From Oscillospiraceae bacterium (lineage in GTDB: Bacteria; Bacillota; Clostridia; Oscillospirales; Oscillospiraceae), in NCBI GenBank assembly GCA_017512485.1, contig JAFWGE010000032.1, forward strand, positions 36,721-100,720: DNA of 64,000 nt, read 5' to 3'. The notes below the pieces were generated by a model, which was not told where the DNA came from, did not search any database, and worked only from the letters and a program-made list of their open reading frames with translations. This document shows positions 29,582 to 40,728 of the stretch, piece after piece. The position numbers and the translations under genes were made by a program. How positions within the stretch are numbered: position 1 is the first letter of the stretch; each line of letters begins with the position of its first letter.

Positions 29582-29609
29582 TTGACAATACGCGGACAAA
29601 ACCTATAAT
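29582..29609 (+). promoter_or_regulatory. Near-consensus sigma-A promoter for the acyltransferase/radical SAM genes
   Basis: TTGACA - 16 nt - TATAAT on the plus strand. GGAAAGGAG SD at 29673-29681. Confidence 0.45.
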
Positions 29610-29689
29610 TGGTTGTAACGGACTATGAACACCGGTGATTTGTTCCCGGACGGGACGTCGTTCCGGTCCGGCGGAAAGGAGCTGATACC

Positions 29690-30562
29690 ATCACAAGCAA
29701 AAAACGGCGCTTAGGAGACAGGAAAGACGGCACGCTGCTGCGGGAGATCGACTCCATCCATTATTACTCCCCGTATCTTTACCCCAACAGAGCCGACAAC
29801 GAGGCTTTCATAAGCGAGAGCGTCGACCTCACTCCCATCAATGCTTTTCTGGAGTCCAAAAACTCAGACGGTCCGCAGTATCCTTACACCGTATTTCATG
29901 TCGTGCTCTCCGCCCTGATGAAAACGGTTTTTGTAAGGCCAAAGCTGAACAGGTTTATCAAAAACAAAAGGATATATCTGCGCAACGAGGTCACCGCCGC
30001 TTTCGTCGTCAAAAAATCCTTCTCCGACGACGGCGAAGAGGCTCTCGCCTTTGTCCGCTGCGGCAAAGATTCCACCGTGACGAGTCTGCATGACGACATA
30101 ATGGAGCAGATCCTTTTCTGCCGGAGTGATAAACCCGATAATTCCACCGCCAGCATGGACGCCCTTCGAAAGCTGCCACGCCCGATATTCGGCGCCCTTA
30201 TGTGGACGCTGCACAAGCTGGACAATCACGGATGGGTCCCCCTCTCACTTATCAAAACAGACCCTTATTATGCTTCCGTGGTCATTTCCAACCTCGGCTC
30301 CATAGGGCTTAAATGCGGGTACCACCATTTGTGCAACTGGGGGACAAACTCCCTGTTTTGCGTCATGGGTCAGACAAAAAACGAACCCGTCTTTTCCCCG
30401 GACGGATCCGTCGAGTTTCGTCCGACACTGGAGCTGAGCCTGACCATAGACGAGCGTCTGGCAGACGGCTATTATTATTCAAGGTCCGTAAAACTCCTGA
30501 AACACCTCCTCACCAACCCGGAACTTCTGGAGCTTCCTGCGGAAGAAAAGATAGAATTCTGA
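29690..30562 (+). pseudogene. 2-oxoacid dehydrogenase E2 / CAT-fold acyltransferase-like gene, apparently disrupted at its 5' end
   Basis: The track ORF starts at GTG 29903, but the same frame is open and homolog-like from about 29762 (YYSPYLYPNRADNEAFISESVDLTPINAF...). The expected N-terminus KRRLGDRKDGTLLREIDSIH lies in another frame (29701-29760), and no ATG/GTG/TTG follows the SD. The C-terminal motif reads DERLADG where E2 enzymes have DHRxxDG. Confidence 0.6.
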
Positions 30563-30635
30563 CAGTACCGGGCGCCCGGCAAGATCTTCTTTCCGGACGC
30601 CCTTTCCATGTACCCGCTCGGCGGGGTGACGGAAC

Positions 30636-31697
30636 ATGACTTTCCGGCCGCAAAGGAGGGACGCCTCGGAACCAATGGAAACGAATATACAACTGAACCT
30701 GGCGGTCGATATGAACGGCTGTCCGAACCGATGTCTGCACTGCTGGCTCGGACATATGCCGAACAAGAGAATGGGAGACTGCTCCGACCGTTTCATAATG
30801 GACTGCTTCTCCCCTTTTTTCCGGAGGATAGCCTTCTATAGCTGGCTGAGAGAACCCGACTTCTGTGACGATTACGTACGCAGATGGGAAAAGGACCTTG
30901 CCTTGTCAAAAGGGGTAAAGCCCAAACGATTTGAACTGGCCAGCTTCTGGCGGATCGTCCGTGACGACGCGTACATCCCGTTCCTGCGATCTGTCGGTGT
31001 AAAAAAAGTGCAGCTGACGCTCTTCGGCCTGAAGGACACCCAGGACAGGTACGTCGGCAGGAGCGGAGCATTTGAAGAGGTCCTCGGGGCTACCGACCGC
31101 CTTATTCAAGGCGGCGTCATCCCGCGCTGGCAATGCTTCATAAACGAAGAAAACCGGGATGAGATCGTGGAACTGCTCCGGCTTTGCGGCAGGATACGCC
31201 GTGACAGCTGTCCGGATCTTGAACTATTCGTCCATGAAGGGACCTGCGACGGTGAGAACCGCAGGCTCTATCCCATCAGGATACAGCGACAGCATGTACC
31301 GGCGGAAGTGATACCCGTCTACCTCAACTGGTCCGGGCTCCTTACGGAAAAGGAGTGCTGTGGGATGCTTAAGGATGACTTATCTGCCCCGGCTTTCCCC
31401 GTGGGGAACGAGATCACCCTGAATATTTCAAACGAATACGACGTATATTACAATTATACAAATATGAGTGCGCCGTGGATCATAGGCAATCTAAAGACGG
31501 ACCCTCCCGGCGAACTGGTCCGCCGTATCGTCACCGGAGATACCGCAGCCCTTCGCGCTGTGGGGAAATGTACGTGGTCCGGGCTGGTGGACCGATTCGG
31601 AGATTTTTCTTCCGACCGGGTCTTCAGCCTTGAGGACTATCAGATGTATCTGATAAACAACTATCTTGAAAACCTGCCGGCCCCGGGAGACCTTTGA
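30636..31697 (+). CDS. Radical SAM domain protein, function unknown
   Basis: 353 aa. CxxxCxxC motif near the N-terminus (CPNRCLHC). ATG 30675 (METNIQ) is an alternative start. Confidence 0.8.
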   Translation: MTFRPQRRDASEPMETNIQLNLAVDMNGCPNRCLHCWLGHMPNKRMGDCSDRFIMDCFSPFFRRIAFYSWLREPDFCDDYVRRWEKDLALSKGVKPKRFELASFWRIVRDDAYIPFLRSVGVKKVQLTLFGLKDTQDRYVGRSGAFEEVLGATDRLIQGGVIPRWQCFINEENRDEIVELLRLCGRIRRDSCPDLELFVHEGTCDGENRRLYPIRIQRQHVPAEVIPVYLNWSGLLTEKECCGMLKDDLSAPAFPVGNEITLNISNEYDVYYNYTNMSAPWIIGNLKTDPPGELVRRIVTGDTAALRAVGKCTWSGLVDRFGDFSSDRVFSLEDYQMYLINNYLENLPAPGDL

Positions 31698-31739
31698 CCC
31701 GAACTCTTCCGCGGCTGAATATCTTATAGAAGGATTAAA

Positions 31740-31777
31740 GGCTCCCGCGGTCCCTGCCGGACTGCGGGAGCCTTTTT
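31740..31777 (+). terminator. Rho-independent terminator after the radical SAM gene
   Basis: GGCTCCCGC-(15 nt)-GCGGGAGCC followed by TTTTT. Confidence 0.6.
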
Positions 31778-32152
31778 CGTGCCGCGTCCGGCCTCGGTAT
31801 GGTTACGGTATCCGCCGGGGCCGTGAATGGGCATCCCGGCCGACTGCACCCGGGCATATATCCTGCCAATGCCGTTCGTCCTGAAACCTCGCTTTTAATC
31901 ATTGCGCCCGGTTTCCCCGGCATGTATGCCAGGCCGCCCGTGTTGTTGACATATACTATCGGGGCTTTAAAAGCGTTCGCGTATTTTCGGGTCTCCCTGC
32001 CGGCCATATAACCGCACGGCGTCAGTTCCGGGAGAGACGATCCGCGTGTCCGCCAGCTGTCCGGTCAATCCTTCGATATCCTCTTTCCTGAGGTGGCCGC
32101 CCTTGATGCCGTTGTCCGGTTCCGGGTCGAATACGCGCATCGCTCCGCCCCG

Positions 32153-32473
32153 TCATTCATTCGCCGGGAACATATAGCGCACCTTTTTCCCGGCATTCTC
32201 CGCGTACTCGATCTCCGAACGAGTGCTGGAGCCGATGTAACCGCCGACATTAATCACAAATATTTCGTCAGACATATCGATTTTCCGTTTATGCATATCA
32301 TCCAGCATTTCCTTGACACCGTCCGCCCAGGCCTCGTCGTCCCCGGAATGCCCAAAAAGACCCACGCTTATCACGATGCAGCCGTCCAGCGTCAGGTGCT
32401 TCTGCGCCTGAATGAATTCTTCCCTGAAACGGGTGCTGCCGCACAGGGTTATGACTTTATATTTCCCGACCAT
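32153..32473 (-). CDS. Small alpha/beta protein of unknown function (distant resemblance to the nucleoside 2-deoxyribosyltransferase-like fold; weak)
   Basis: 106-aa ORF (KVITLCGSTRF...EIFVINVGGYIGSSTRSEIEYAENAGKKV). The pattern of a Rossmann-like strand followed by a G-rich loop suggests this fold. Not a confident family call. Confidence 0.5.
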   Translation of the reverse strand: MVGKYKVITLCGSTRFREEFIQAQKHLTLDGCIVISVGLFGHSGDDEAWADGVKEMLDDMHKRKIDMSDEIFVINVGGYIGSSTRSEIEYAENAGKKVRYMFPANE

Positions 32474-32624
32474 TTCTGTCCCTCACTCAGGCTCCCTCCG
32501 CGCGCACACGCCTGCCGGGCTGCCAAAGGACCGGCGGCATGACGCAGATATCCCGCCGGTCGATCAGACCCGGCGGGATATTCTACGATTGAAGTGCCGT
32601 CTTTCCGCTCCCATGGCGCCGGCA

Positions 32625-33362
32625 TCAGTGCACGGCGCGGAGAAATCCTTCCACTTTTTCAAGATCTTCAAGGGTGTTGACCCCAAGTATCTGCTCGTTC
32701 AGTTCAATACAGTAGAGACCGGAAGTCCCCCCCATGCTCCTTATGATCTCCGGCACGTCGGTCAGGTAATACTCGCCCTGGGCGTTGGCGCTGCCCAGAT
32801 GCCCCAGCGCTTCTTTAAGGGCCCTGCTGTCAAAAGCGTATATCCCGGCGTTCAGCTCCCTGATGAGCTTTTCTTCGGGGGTGCAGTCCCTGTCCTCTAT
32901 GATGCGCACGAAATTGCCTTCCCCGTCCCGGAGGACGCGGCCGTAGGGCAGCGGCTCGGAACTGGTGCCTGTAAGGAGGGTACACTTCCTGCCGTTCTTC
33001 TCATGGTCTTCCAGAAGGGCCTTGTACGTCTGCTCTCTCAGCAGCGGCATATCCCCATAACAGACGAGTACGCTGCCGTCAAACCCCTCCAGGAACGAGC
33101 TCGCGGCCATTACTGCGTGGCCTGTGCCCAGCTGCTGGCTCTGGAGCGCGAAAGTATAACCTTCGAACGCCTCCATAACCGTCTGCGCCATATATCCTAC
33201 AACAACGCATATATTTTCCCTAGGCAAGAATGACAGGGCGTCCAGGACATAGCTTAGCAGCGGCCTGCCGTTGGCAAGGCGCATGACCTTGGGGAGCTTA
33301 GCCTGGCTGGAATGAAGCCTGGTACCCTTGCCCGCTGCGAGGACTATCGCTTTTGTCTCCAT
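32625..33362 (-). CDS. Sugar-phosphate nucleotidyltransferase (GlmU N-terminal-domain-like, no acetyltransferase domain)
   Basis: 245 aa. LAAGKGTRL...KVM motif and a GT-A-like fold pattern. No left-handed beta-helix hexapeptide repeats. Confidence 0.8.
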   Translation of the reverse strand: METKAIVLAAGKGTRLHSSQAKLPKVMRLANGRPLLSYVLDALSFLPRENICVVVGYMAQTVMEAFEGYTFALQSQQLGTGHAVMAASSFLEGFDGSVLVCYGDMPLLREQTYKALLEDHEKNGRKCTLLTGTSSEPLPYGRVLRDGEGNFVRIIEDRDCTPEEKLIRELNAGIYAFDSRALKEALGHLGSANAQGEYYLTDVPEIIRSMGGTSGLYCIELNEQILGVNTLEDLEKVEGFLRAVH

Positions 33363-33367
33363 AGAGT

Positions 33368-34768
33368 TCAGAATCTCACCCTTTCCTCTATCCAGGCCGC
33401 CACCTGGTCGACAGGCATGCGGACCTGCCCCATGGTATCACGGTCACGCACTGTGACCGCCCCGTCCTGTTCGCTGTCAAAATCGTACGTCACACAGTAC
33501 GGCGTACCTATCTCGTCCTGCCTGCGGTAGCGCTTTCCTATGGAACCGGTCTCATCGTACTCCGTCATGAAGCGGGAGGCCAGCATGCCGCGGACCTTTT
33601 TAGCGCCTTCCGCCAGCTTCTTCGACAGGGGCAGCACAGCGCACTTGTAGGGCGCCAGCGCGGGGTGCAGATGAAGGACGGTCCTGACGTCGTTCTTCTG
33701 TTCGTCGACGACTTCCTCGTCGTAGGCGTCTATCATGAACGCCAGGGCCACCCTGTCCGCACCAAGTGACGGCTCAATGACATAGGGGACGTACTTTTCA
33801 GAGGTCTCGGGATCAAAATAGTCCATATTCTCTCCGGACTGTTTCTGGTGAGCGTTCAGGTCGTAATCCGTCCTGTCCGCTATGCCCCACAGTTCCCCCC
33901 ATCCAAACGGGAAAAGATATTCAAAGTCCGTGGTAGCGTTCGAGTAGTGGCTGAGTTCTTCTTTCTCGTGATCGCGCAGCCTGAGATTGCCTTCCGTCAT
34001 CCCGAGGCTCAGCAGCCACTGGCGGCAGAAGCTCCTCCAGTATGAAAACCACTCCAGGTCCGTACCGGGCTTGCAGAAGAATTCCAGTTCCATCTGTTCG
34101 AATTCCCTGGTGCGGAAAGTGAAGTTGCCCGGGGTTATCTCATTTCTGAAAGATTTTCCCACCTGGCACACTCCGAAGGGGATCTTCCTTCTGGTGGTGC
34201 GCTGAATGTTTTTGAAATTTACAAAGATGCCCTGGGCCGTCTCCGGCCTGAGGTATACCGTGGACGCGGAATCCTCAGTGACGCCCTGGAAAGTCTTGAA
34301 CATAAGATTAAACTTACGGATATCGGTAAAATTACTGTTTCCGCACTCGGGGCAGGGCACGTTTTTTTCCTGGATATATTTCACCATGGCCGCGTTGTCC
34401 ATCGCCTCGACCACAACATCCTCGATGCCGTTCTCTTTGTTCCATGCCTCTATCAGCTTATCAGCTCTGTGACGGGTCTTGCAGTCCTTGCAGTCTATAA
34501 GAGGGTCGTTGAATGTGTCCACGTGTCCGGACGCCACCCAGACCTGGGGGTTCATAAGGATGGCCGCGTCGAGGCCTACGTTATTCTCGTTTTCCTGGAC
34601 GAATTTCTTCCACCAGGCCTTCTTTATGTTGTTCTTGAGCTCCACTCCCAGAGGGCCGTAATCCCATGTGTTGGCGAGACCGCCGTATATCTCGCTTCCG
34701 GAATAAATAAAACCACGGTTTTTGCACAGGGCCACGATCTTGTCCATTGTTTTTGCGCTGTTGTCCAT
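33368..34768 (-). CDS. glyQS: Glycine--tRNA ligase (dimeric class II type)
   Basis: 466 aa. [55 protein letters not shown] upstream. Confidence 0.95.
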   Translation of the reverse strand: MDNSAKTMDKIVALCKNRGFIYSGSEIYGGLANTWDYGPLGVELKNNIKKAWWKKFVQENENNVGLDAAILMNPQVWVASGHVDTFNDPLIDCKDCKTRHRADKLIEAWNKENGIEDVVVEAMDNAAMVKYIQEKNVPCPECGNSNFTDIRKFNLMFKTFQGVTEDSASTVYLRPETAQGIFVNFKNIQRTTRRKIPFGVCQVGKSFRNEITPGNFTFRTREFEQMELEFFCKPGTDLEWFSYWRSFCRQWLLSLGMTEGNLRLRDHEKEELSHYSNATTDFEYLFPFGWGELWGIADRTDYDLNAHQKQSGENMDYFDPETSEKYVPYVIEPSLGADRVALAFMIDAYDEEVVDEQKNDVRTVLHLHPALAPYKCAVLPLSKKLAEGAKKVRGMLASRFMTEYDETGSIGKRYRRQDEIGTPYCVTYDFDSEQDGAVTVRDRDTMGQVRMPVDQVAAWIEERVRF

Positions 34769-34826
34769 AAGTATCCCTCCAATTATTGGTCAGAATTCCG
34801 ATCCGGTCGGAGTGTAAAAATCTCCG

Positions 34827-35597
34827 TCAGTCAATTTCAAAAAAACGTTTCCCGTTTTCCATGGTGATGCGCGCCACTTCTTCGGCGTCCATGCCCCGTA
34901 TCTCGGCTATCTTCTCCGCCACGAAACGCACCAGGGAGGAGTCGTTCCTCTTACCTCTGTGGGGCACGGGGGCAAGATAAGGCGAATCCGTCTCTATCAT
35001 TATCCTGTCCATTGGCATCCACCTGATAATATCGGGGGCTTTCGCCGCGTTCTTATATGTGATCACTCCGGTAAAGCTGAGGTACCATCCCAGTTTTACG
35101 TATGTTCTCGCGTCCTCCAGGGAGCCGCTGTAGCAATGGCATACGCCCCTTAGTCCCGCAAACCGGCGTACGAGCTCCATACAGTCCCCGTGGGCCTGCC
35201 TGTCATGGACTATGACGGGAAGCCCCAGATCACGGGCTATTTCCAGTTGGCTGCAAAACGCCGCCTTCTGTACCTGCCTGTCCGGCCCGTCGTCGTAGTA
35301 GTAATCCAGGCCGATCTCCCCACTGGCCTTCACTCTCGGGTTCTCCGCAAGGGTGCGGATACGTCCGAGGGCTTCCGGGTCCGCGCCGTCGGCGTGCTCC
35401 GGATGGATCCCCACCGCTGCGTATATATACGGATATTTCTCCGCCATGCTCACTGCTGTCCGGGAAGAAACCTCATCACAGCCGGGGTTTACTATGAGGC
35501 CTATCCCCTCGGATGGGAGACGCTTCAGCACGGCGTCCCTGTCGCCGTCAAAACGGCTGTCGTCATAATGGGCGTGGGTATCGAACAGCGCCGCCAT
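34827..35597 (-). CDS. tatD: TatD-family metal-dependent hydrolase
   Basis: 256 aa. LFDTHAHYDD, IGLDYYY, ETDSPYL motifs. Confidence 0.9.
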   Translation of the reverse strand: MAALFDTHAHYDDSRFDGDRDAVLKRLPSEGIGLIVNPGCDEVSSRTAVSMAEKYPYIYAAVGIHPEHADGADPEALGRIRTLAENPRVKASGEIGLDYYYDDGPDRQVQKAAFCSQLEIARDLGLPVIVHDRQAHGDCMELVRRFAGLRGVCHCYSGSLEDARTYVKLGWYLSFTGVITYKNAAKAPDIIRWMPMDRIMIETDSPYLAPVPHRGKRNDSSLVRFVAEKIAEIRGMDAEEVARITMENGKRFFEID

Positions 35598-35599
35598 CC

Positions 35600-37540
<1,941 letters not shown>

Positions 37541-38452
37541 TTAAAACAGATCCGTCTCTGCGGGGAATGCTACAAGGCACTCCCGCGAAGCAGCGATATC
37601 GCGGGATATCTGCTCCCTCAGAGCCGTCACGTCAGTAAATTTTCGCTCACTGCGCAGAAATCTATAAAAGAATACGCGCAAATACTTCCCATAAAGCTCG
37701 CTGTCAAAGTCAAATATATGGGACTCGATGACGACTTCGCCGGTTTCACCCACGGTAGGGTTGATACCTACGTTGGTAACGGCATTATACAGCCTGCCGT
37801 CGACCATTACACGCGTGGCATAAACTCCCCTCGCAGGTGACAGCAGCCCGTCAGGCAGCGGGATGTTCGCCGTTGCGAACAGCTCCCTGTGCCCGATCCC
37901 CCTGCCCCTGCGGGTGTACCCGGATATAAAATACCTGTATCCCAGAAACTGCGCGGCCCGCTCAACGTTCCCTTGTGCCACCAGGGATCTGATATGCGTT
38001 GAGCTGACTGTAATGCCGTCCATTTCCACTTCGGGGATGATATCGCACCCGATCCCAAGCTGTCCGCAGCGTTCTTTCAGCAAAGGCGCGGTGCCGAGGC
38101 CTTTGTATCCGAAGCAAAAATCGTGTCCCACCACAAGATGGACCGCCTCCATTTGCCCGATAAGGATATCTTCAAGGAAGCGGTCCCAGGGCATTCACAT
38201 CAACTCCGCGTCAAATTTCAAAAACTCGACCTCGTCGATGCCAAACTTCTTTTTTATTATCTCGCTTCGCTCTTCTTTTGTATCAAGGAGCAATACCGGC
38301 TCGCCCCTGGTGAGCTCGTCGGGGTGCCTGTCAAATGTCAGCGCCATGGATACGGCCCCGGCGCTCTCCGCGAGCTCCGACGTGCGCCTCATCAAAGCGG
38401 CATGCCCTATATGCACACCGTCGAAAAACCCCAGCGCGATCACGTGATGCAT
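37541..38452 (-). pseudogene. ribF: Bifunctional riboflavin kinase / FMN adenylyltransferase interrupted by one in-frame TGA (38195-38197)
   Basis: The 85-aa ORF (GFFDGVHIGH...FDAELM) and the 217-aa ORF (MPWDRFLEDIL...riboflavin kinase domain) are contiguous and in the same frame. The junction reads ATG TGA ATG. Confidence 0.8.
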
Positions 38453-38506
38453 TTCCTGAACAACCCCAGTCTCTAATCGCAGCGCCGCAGCGCTCCGATA
38501 TCTATT

Positions 38507-39379
38507 CTATACTTCAAAAAAGCTGCGGACAGTCTCCATTCTGGAGCCTGTGACCTGTCCGAGCATCAAAAATTCCCCCTGCGCGGAATATACCCGGTAA
38601 CGGCCCTCCGGAAGGCCGGTCTCGTACGGTGTGCCTGTGCGGCAGCGCTTCTCCTCCGCCGCCGACACTTCTGTTCCGGGAAAAGCGGAAAAGATCTTGT
38701 CCGTGGGGATCAAAGCCGTGCCCAACAGGCCTTCCCGTTTAAGCTCTTCGAGTTCTCCCAGCGTGCGGCTCATTCCAATATCAAAACGTCCGGCCGCCGT
38801 ACGTCTGAGGGAACTCATCGCGGCCCCGCAGCCCAGCTTTTCGCCTATATCGTGACAGAGCGTGCGTATATACGCCCCTTTTGAGCACCTCACACGCAGC
38901 TCATATTCACCGTCTATGCCATTTGGTACTTCAATTGAGTAAAATTCCACGTTCCGCGGCGGCCTGTCGATCTCAACGCCTCTGCGCGCCAGTTCATACA
39001 GTTTTTTCCCGTTGATCTTGACCGCCGAATACATGGGCGGGACCTGGACGCCCTTTCCCGTAAAGCTTTCGGCCGCTTTTCTCACTGCGTCCGGATCCAG
39101 GCACGGCTCGCCCTCCCGCAGGACCCTGCCGGTTATATCCTGAGTGTCCGTCACGATCCCGGTCCGGAACCGGGCGACGTACTCTTTTGAATCGTCTTCA
39201 AGGAACACGGCTGCCCTGGTTGCCCTGCCGACCATCACCGGCAGCACGCCGGTGGCCATTGGGTCGAGAGTCCCGGTATGGCCTACCGTCCTTGTCGAAA
39301 GGATGCCCCGCATTTTCGCGACCACGTCGTGGGACGTCCAACCCTGCTCTTTATCTATTACAAAGAATCCGCTAAGCAT
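38507..39379 (-). CDS. truB: tRNA pseudouridine(55) synthase
   Basis: 290 aa. GHTGTLDPMATGVLPV catalytic Asp motif. Overlaps the nrnA stop by 8 nt. Confidence 0.93.
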   Translation of the reverse strand: MLSGFFVIDKEQGWTSHDVVAKMRGILSTRTVGHTGTLDPMATGVLPVMVGRATRAAVFLEDDSKEYVARFRTGIVTDTQDITGRVLREGEPCLDPDAVRKAAESFTGKGVQVPPMYSAVKINGKKLYELARRGVEIDRPPRNVEFYSIEVPNGIDGEYELRVRCSKGAYIRTLCHDIGEKLGCGAAMSSLRRTAAGRFDIGMSRTLGELEELKREGLLGTALIPTDKIFSAFPGTEVSAAEEKRCRTGTPYETGLPEGRYRVYSAQGEFLMLGQVTGSRMETVRSFFEV

Positions 39380-40349
39380 TGTCCCTGACTTGCCGTATGG
39401 CCTCCAGGATCATCAGCGCCGCCTCGGAAGGGGCCCTGTCTATCGTACAGCCTGCCGCGCGCATGTGGCCGCCTCCGCCGAACATGACGCAGACTTGTTC
39501 CGCGGATATGCCTTCCGGCTCCTCCAGGGTGCGCAGGGATATCTTGCTGGTCCCGTCCTTCTGCTCCCTGATCGTTACCGCGGCACGCACTCCCTGCACG
39601 GAACGCATGACGCCGGCGAGATCGTCCTCATCGTCTGCGGTGGCCCCGGCACGCGCGGCCATTTCGTCGGACAGCACCGTTATTGCCACCGTGCCCCCGT
39701 CGTAATACGAAGCCCCGGCGACCAGCATGGACTCTATCTGAAGTCTCCCTCTGGTCTTGCACTCGAACATCCGGTAGTTCACGGCAGCGACGTCTATTCC
39801 CTGTTCCATCAGCGCAGCGGCGACCCTGTGGGTCCGCGCCGTAGTATTGCTGTACCTGAAGCAGCCTGTATCCGTAGCCACGGCCACGTACAGAGGAAGC
39901 GCGGTCTCGGCTGTAACGCACCCCAGTTCGAGAAGGATATCGTACAGCAGTTCTCCACAAGCGGCGCAGGAAGTATCCACACAGAGTTCTTTGGCGAACC
40001 CTCCGGAGCCGAGGTGGTGGTCTATGGACAGGTCTATCTCCCCGGCGATCTCTTTCTCATCAAATGGGAAAAGCCGGGGGGAAGCAATGTCCACGGCTAC
40101 GTATGACCCGGGAACAAATTCCTCCGGCTGAAGCATTCCCTCCAAAAACGGGATAAGCCTGGAAATATACTCGTTATGGGCATATACGTACGCCCGTTTG
40201 CCCAGGCTGCGCAATGCTGCACACAGTGCGGCGGCACTGCCGACAGTATCCCCGTCGGGCCTACGATGAGTAAGGATCAGAACGTTGTCCAGTTCCCTCA
40301 GCCGCTGAGCGGCCTGGGAACGCGTGATCCTTACAGGCTTACTGTCCAT
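39372..40349 (-). CDS. nrnA: DHH/DHHA1 phosphoesterase (NrnA-type oligoribonuclease / pAp phosphatase)
   Basis: 325 aa. HRRPDGDTVGS, SIDHH, GGGH motifs. Confidence 0.85.
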   Translation of the reverse strand: MDSKPVRITRSQAAQRLRELDNVLILTHRRPDGDTVGSAAALCAALRSLGKRAYVYAHNEYISRLIPFLEGMLQPEEFVPGSYVAVDIASPRLFPFDEKEIAGEIDLSIDHHLGSGGFAKELCVDTSCAACGELLYDILLELGCVTAETALPLYVAVATDTGCFRYSNTTARTHRVAAALMEQGIDVAAVNYRMFECKTRGRLQIESMLVAGASYYDGGTVAITVLSDEMAARAGATADDEDDLAGVMRSVQGVRAAVTIREQKDGTSKISLRTLEEPEGISAEQVCVMFGGGGHMRAAGCTIDRAPSEAALMILEAIRQVRDNA

Positions 40350-40692
40350 CGGTCTTCTCCTCCAGCTCGTTCAAAAGCGCAGCGATCCTGGCGCCTTTTT
40401 TTATGGATTCATCCTCCACAAATATAAGCTCCGGCGTGCTGCGCATCCGCACCCGGGAACCGAGCTCCCTGCGCAGGTATCCCGCCGCTGAGCGCAGACC
40501 CTTCATCACTTCTTTGCGGGAGCTCTCATCAAATACGCTCACGTACACTTTGCACCAGCGCTGGTCGCTGGTCACCTCCGCGGACATGACCGTCACCATG
40601 GAGTTGATCCGCGGGTCCTTGAGCTGACGTATCAGGTCGGACAGCTCCCGCCGTACCTCTTCATTTATTCTGTTTAATCTGTTACTTGCCAT
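40339..40692 (-). CDS. rbfA: Ribosome-binding factor A
   Basis: 117 aa. Typical RbfA N-terminus (RINEEVRRELSDLI...DPR). Operon position after infB. Confidence 0.93.
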   Translation of the reverse strand: MASNRLNRINEEVRRELSDLIRQLKDPRINSMVTVMSAEVTSDQRWCKVYVSVFDESSRKEVMKGLRSAAGYLRRELGSRVRMRSTPELIFVEDESIKKGARIAALLNELEEKTDGQ

Positions 40693-40728
40693 TTGACGCC
40701 CTCAGGGTCCGTGCAGGTACGGACCCGG

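Noticed and set aside
38195-38197. Selenocysteine at the ribF TGA
   Set aside because: RibF is not a known selenoprotein. I see no SECIS-like hairpin immediately downstream. The codon is flanked by Met codons in a poorly conserved linker position, so a nonsense change is simpler.
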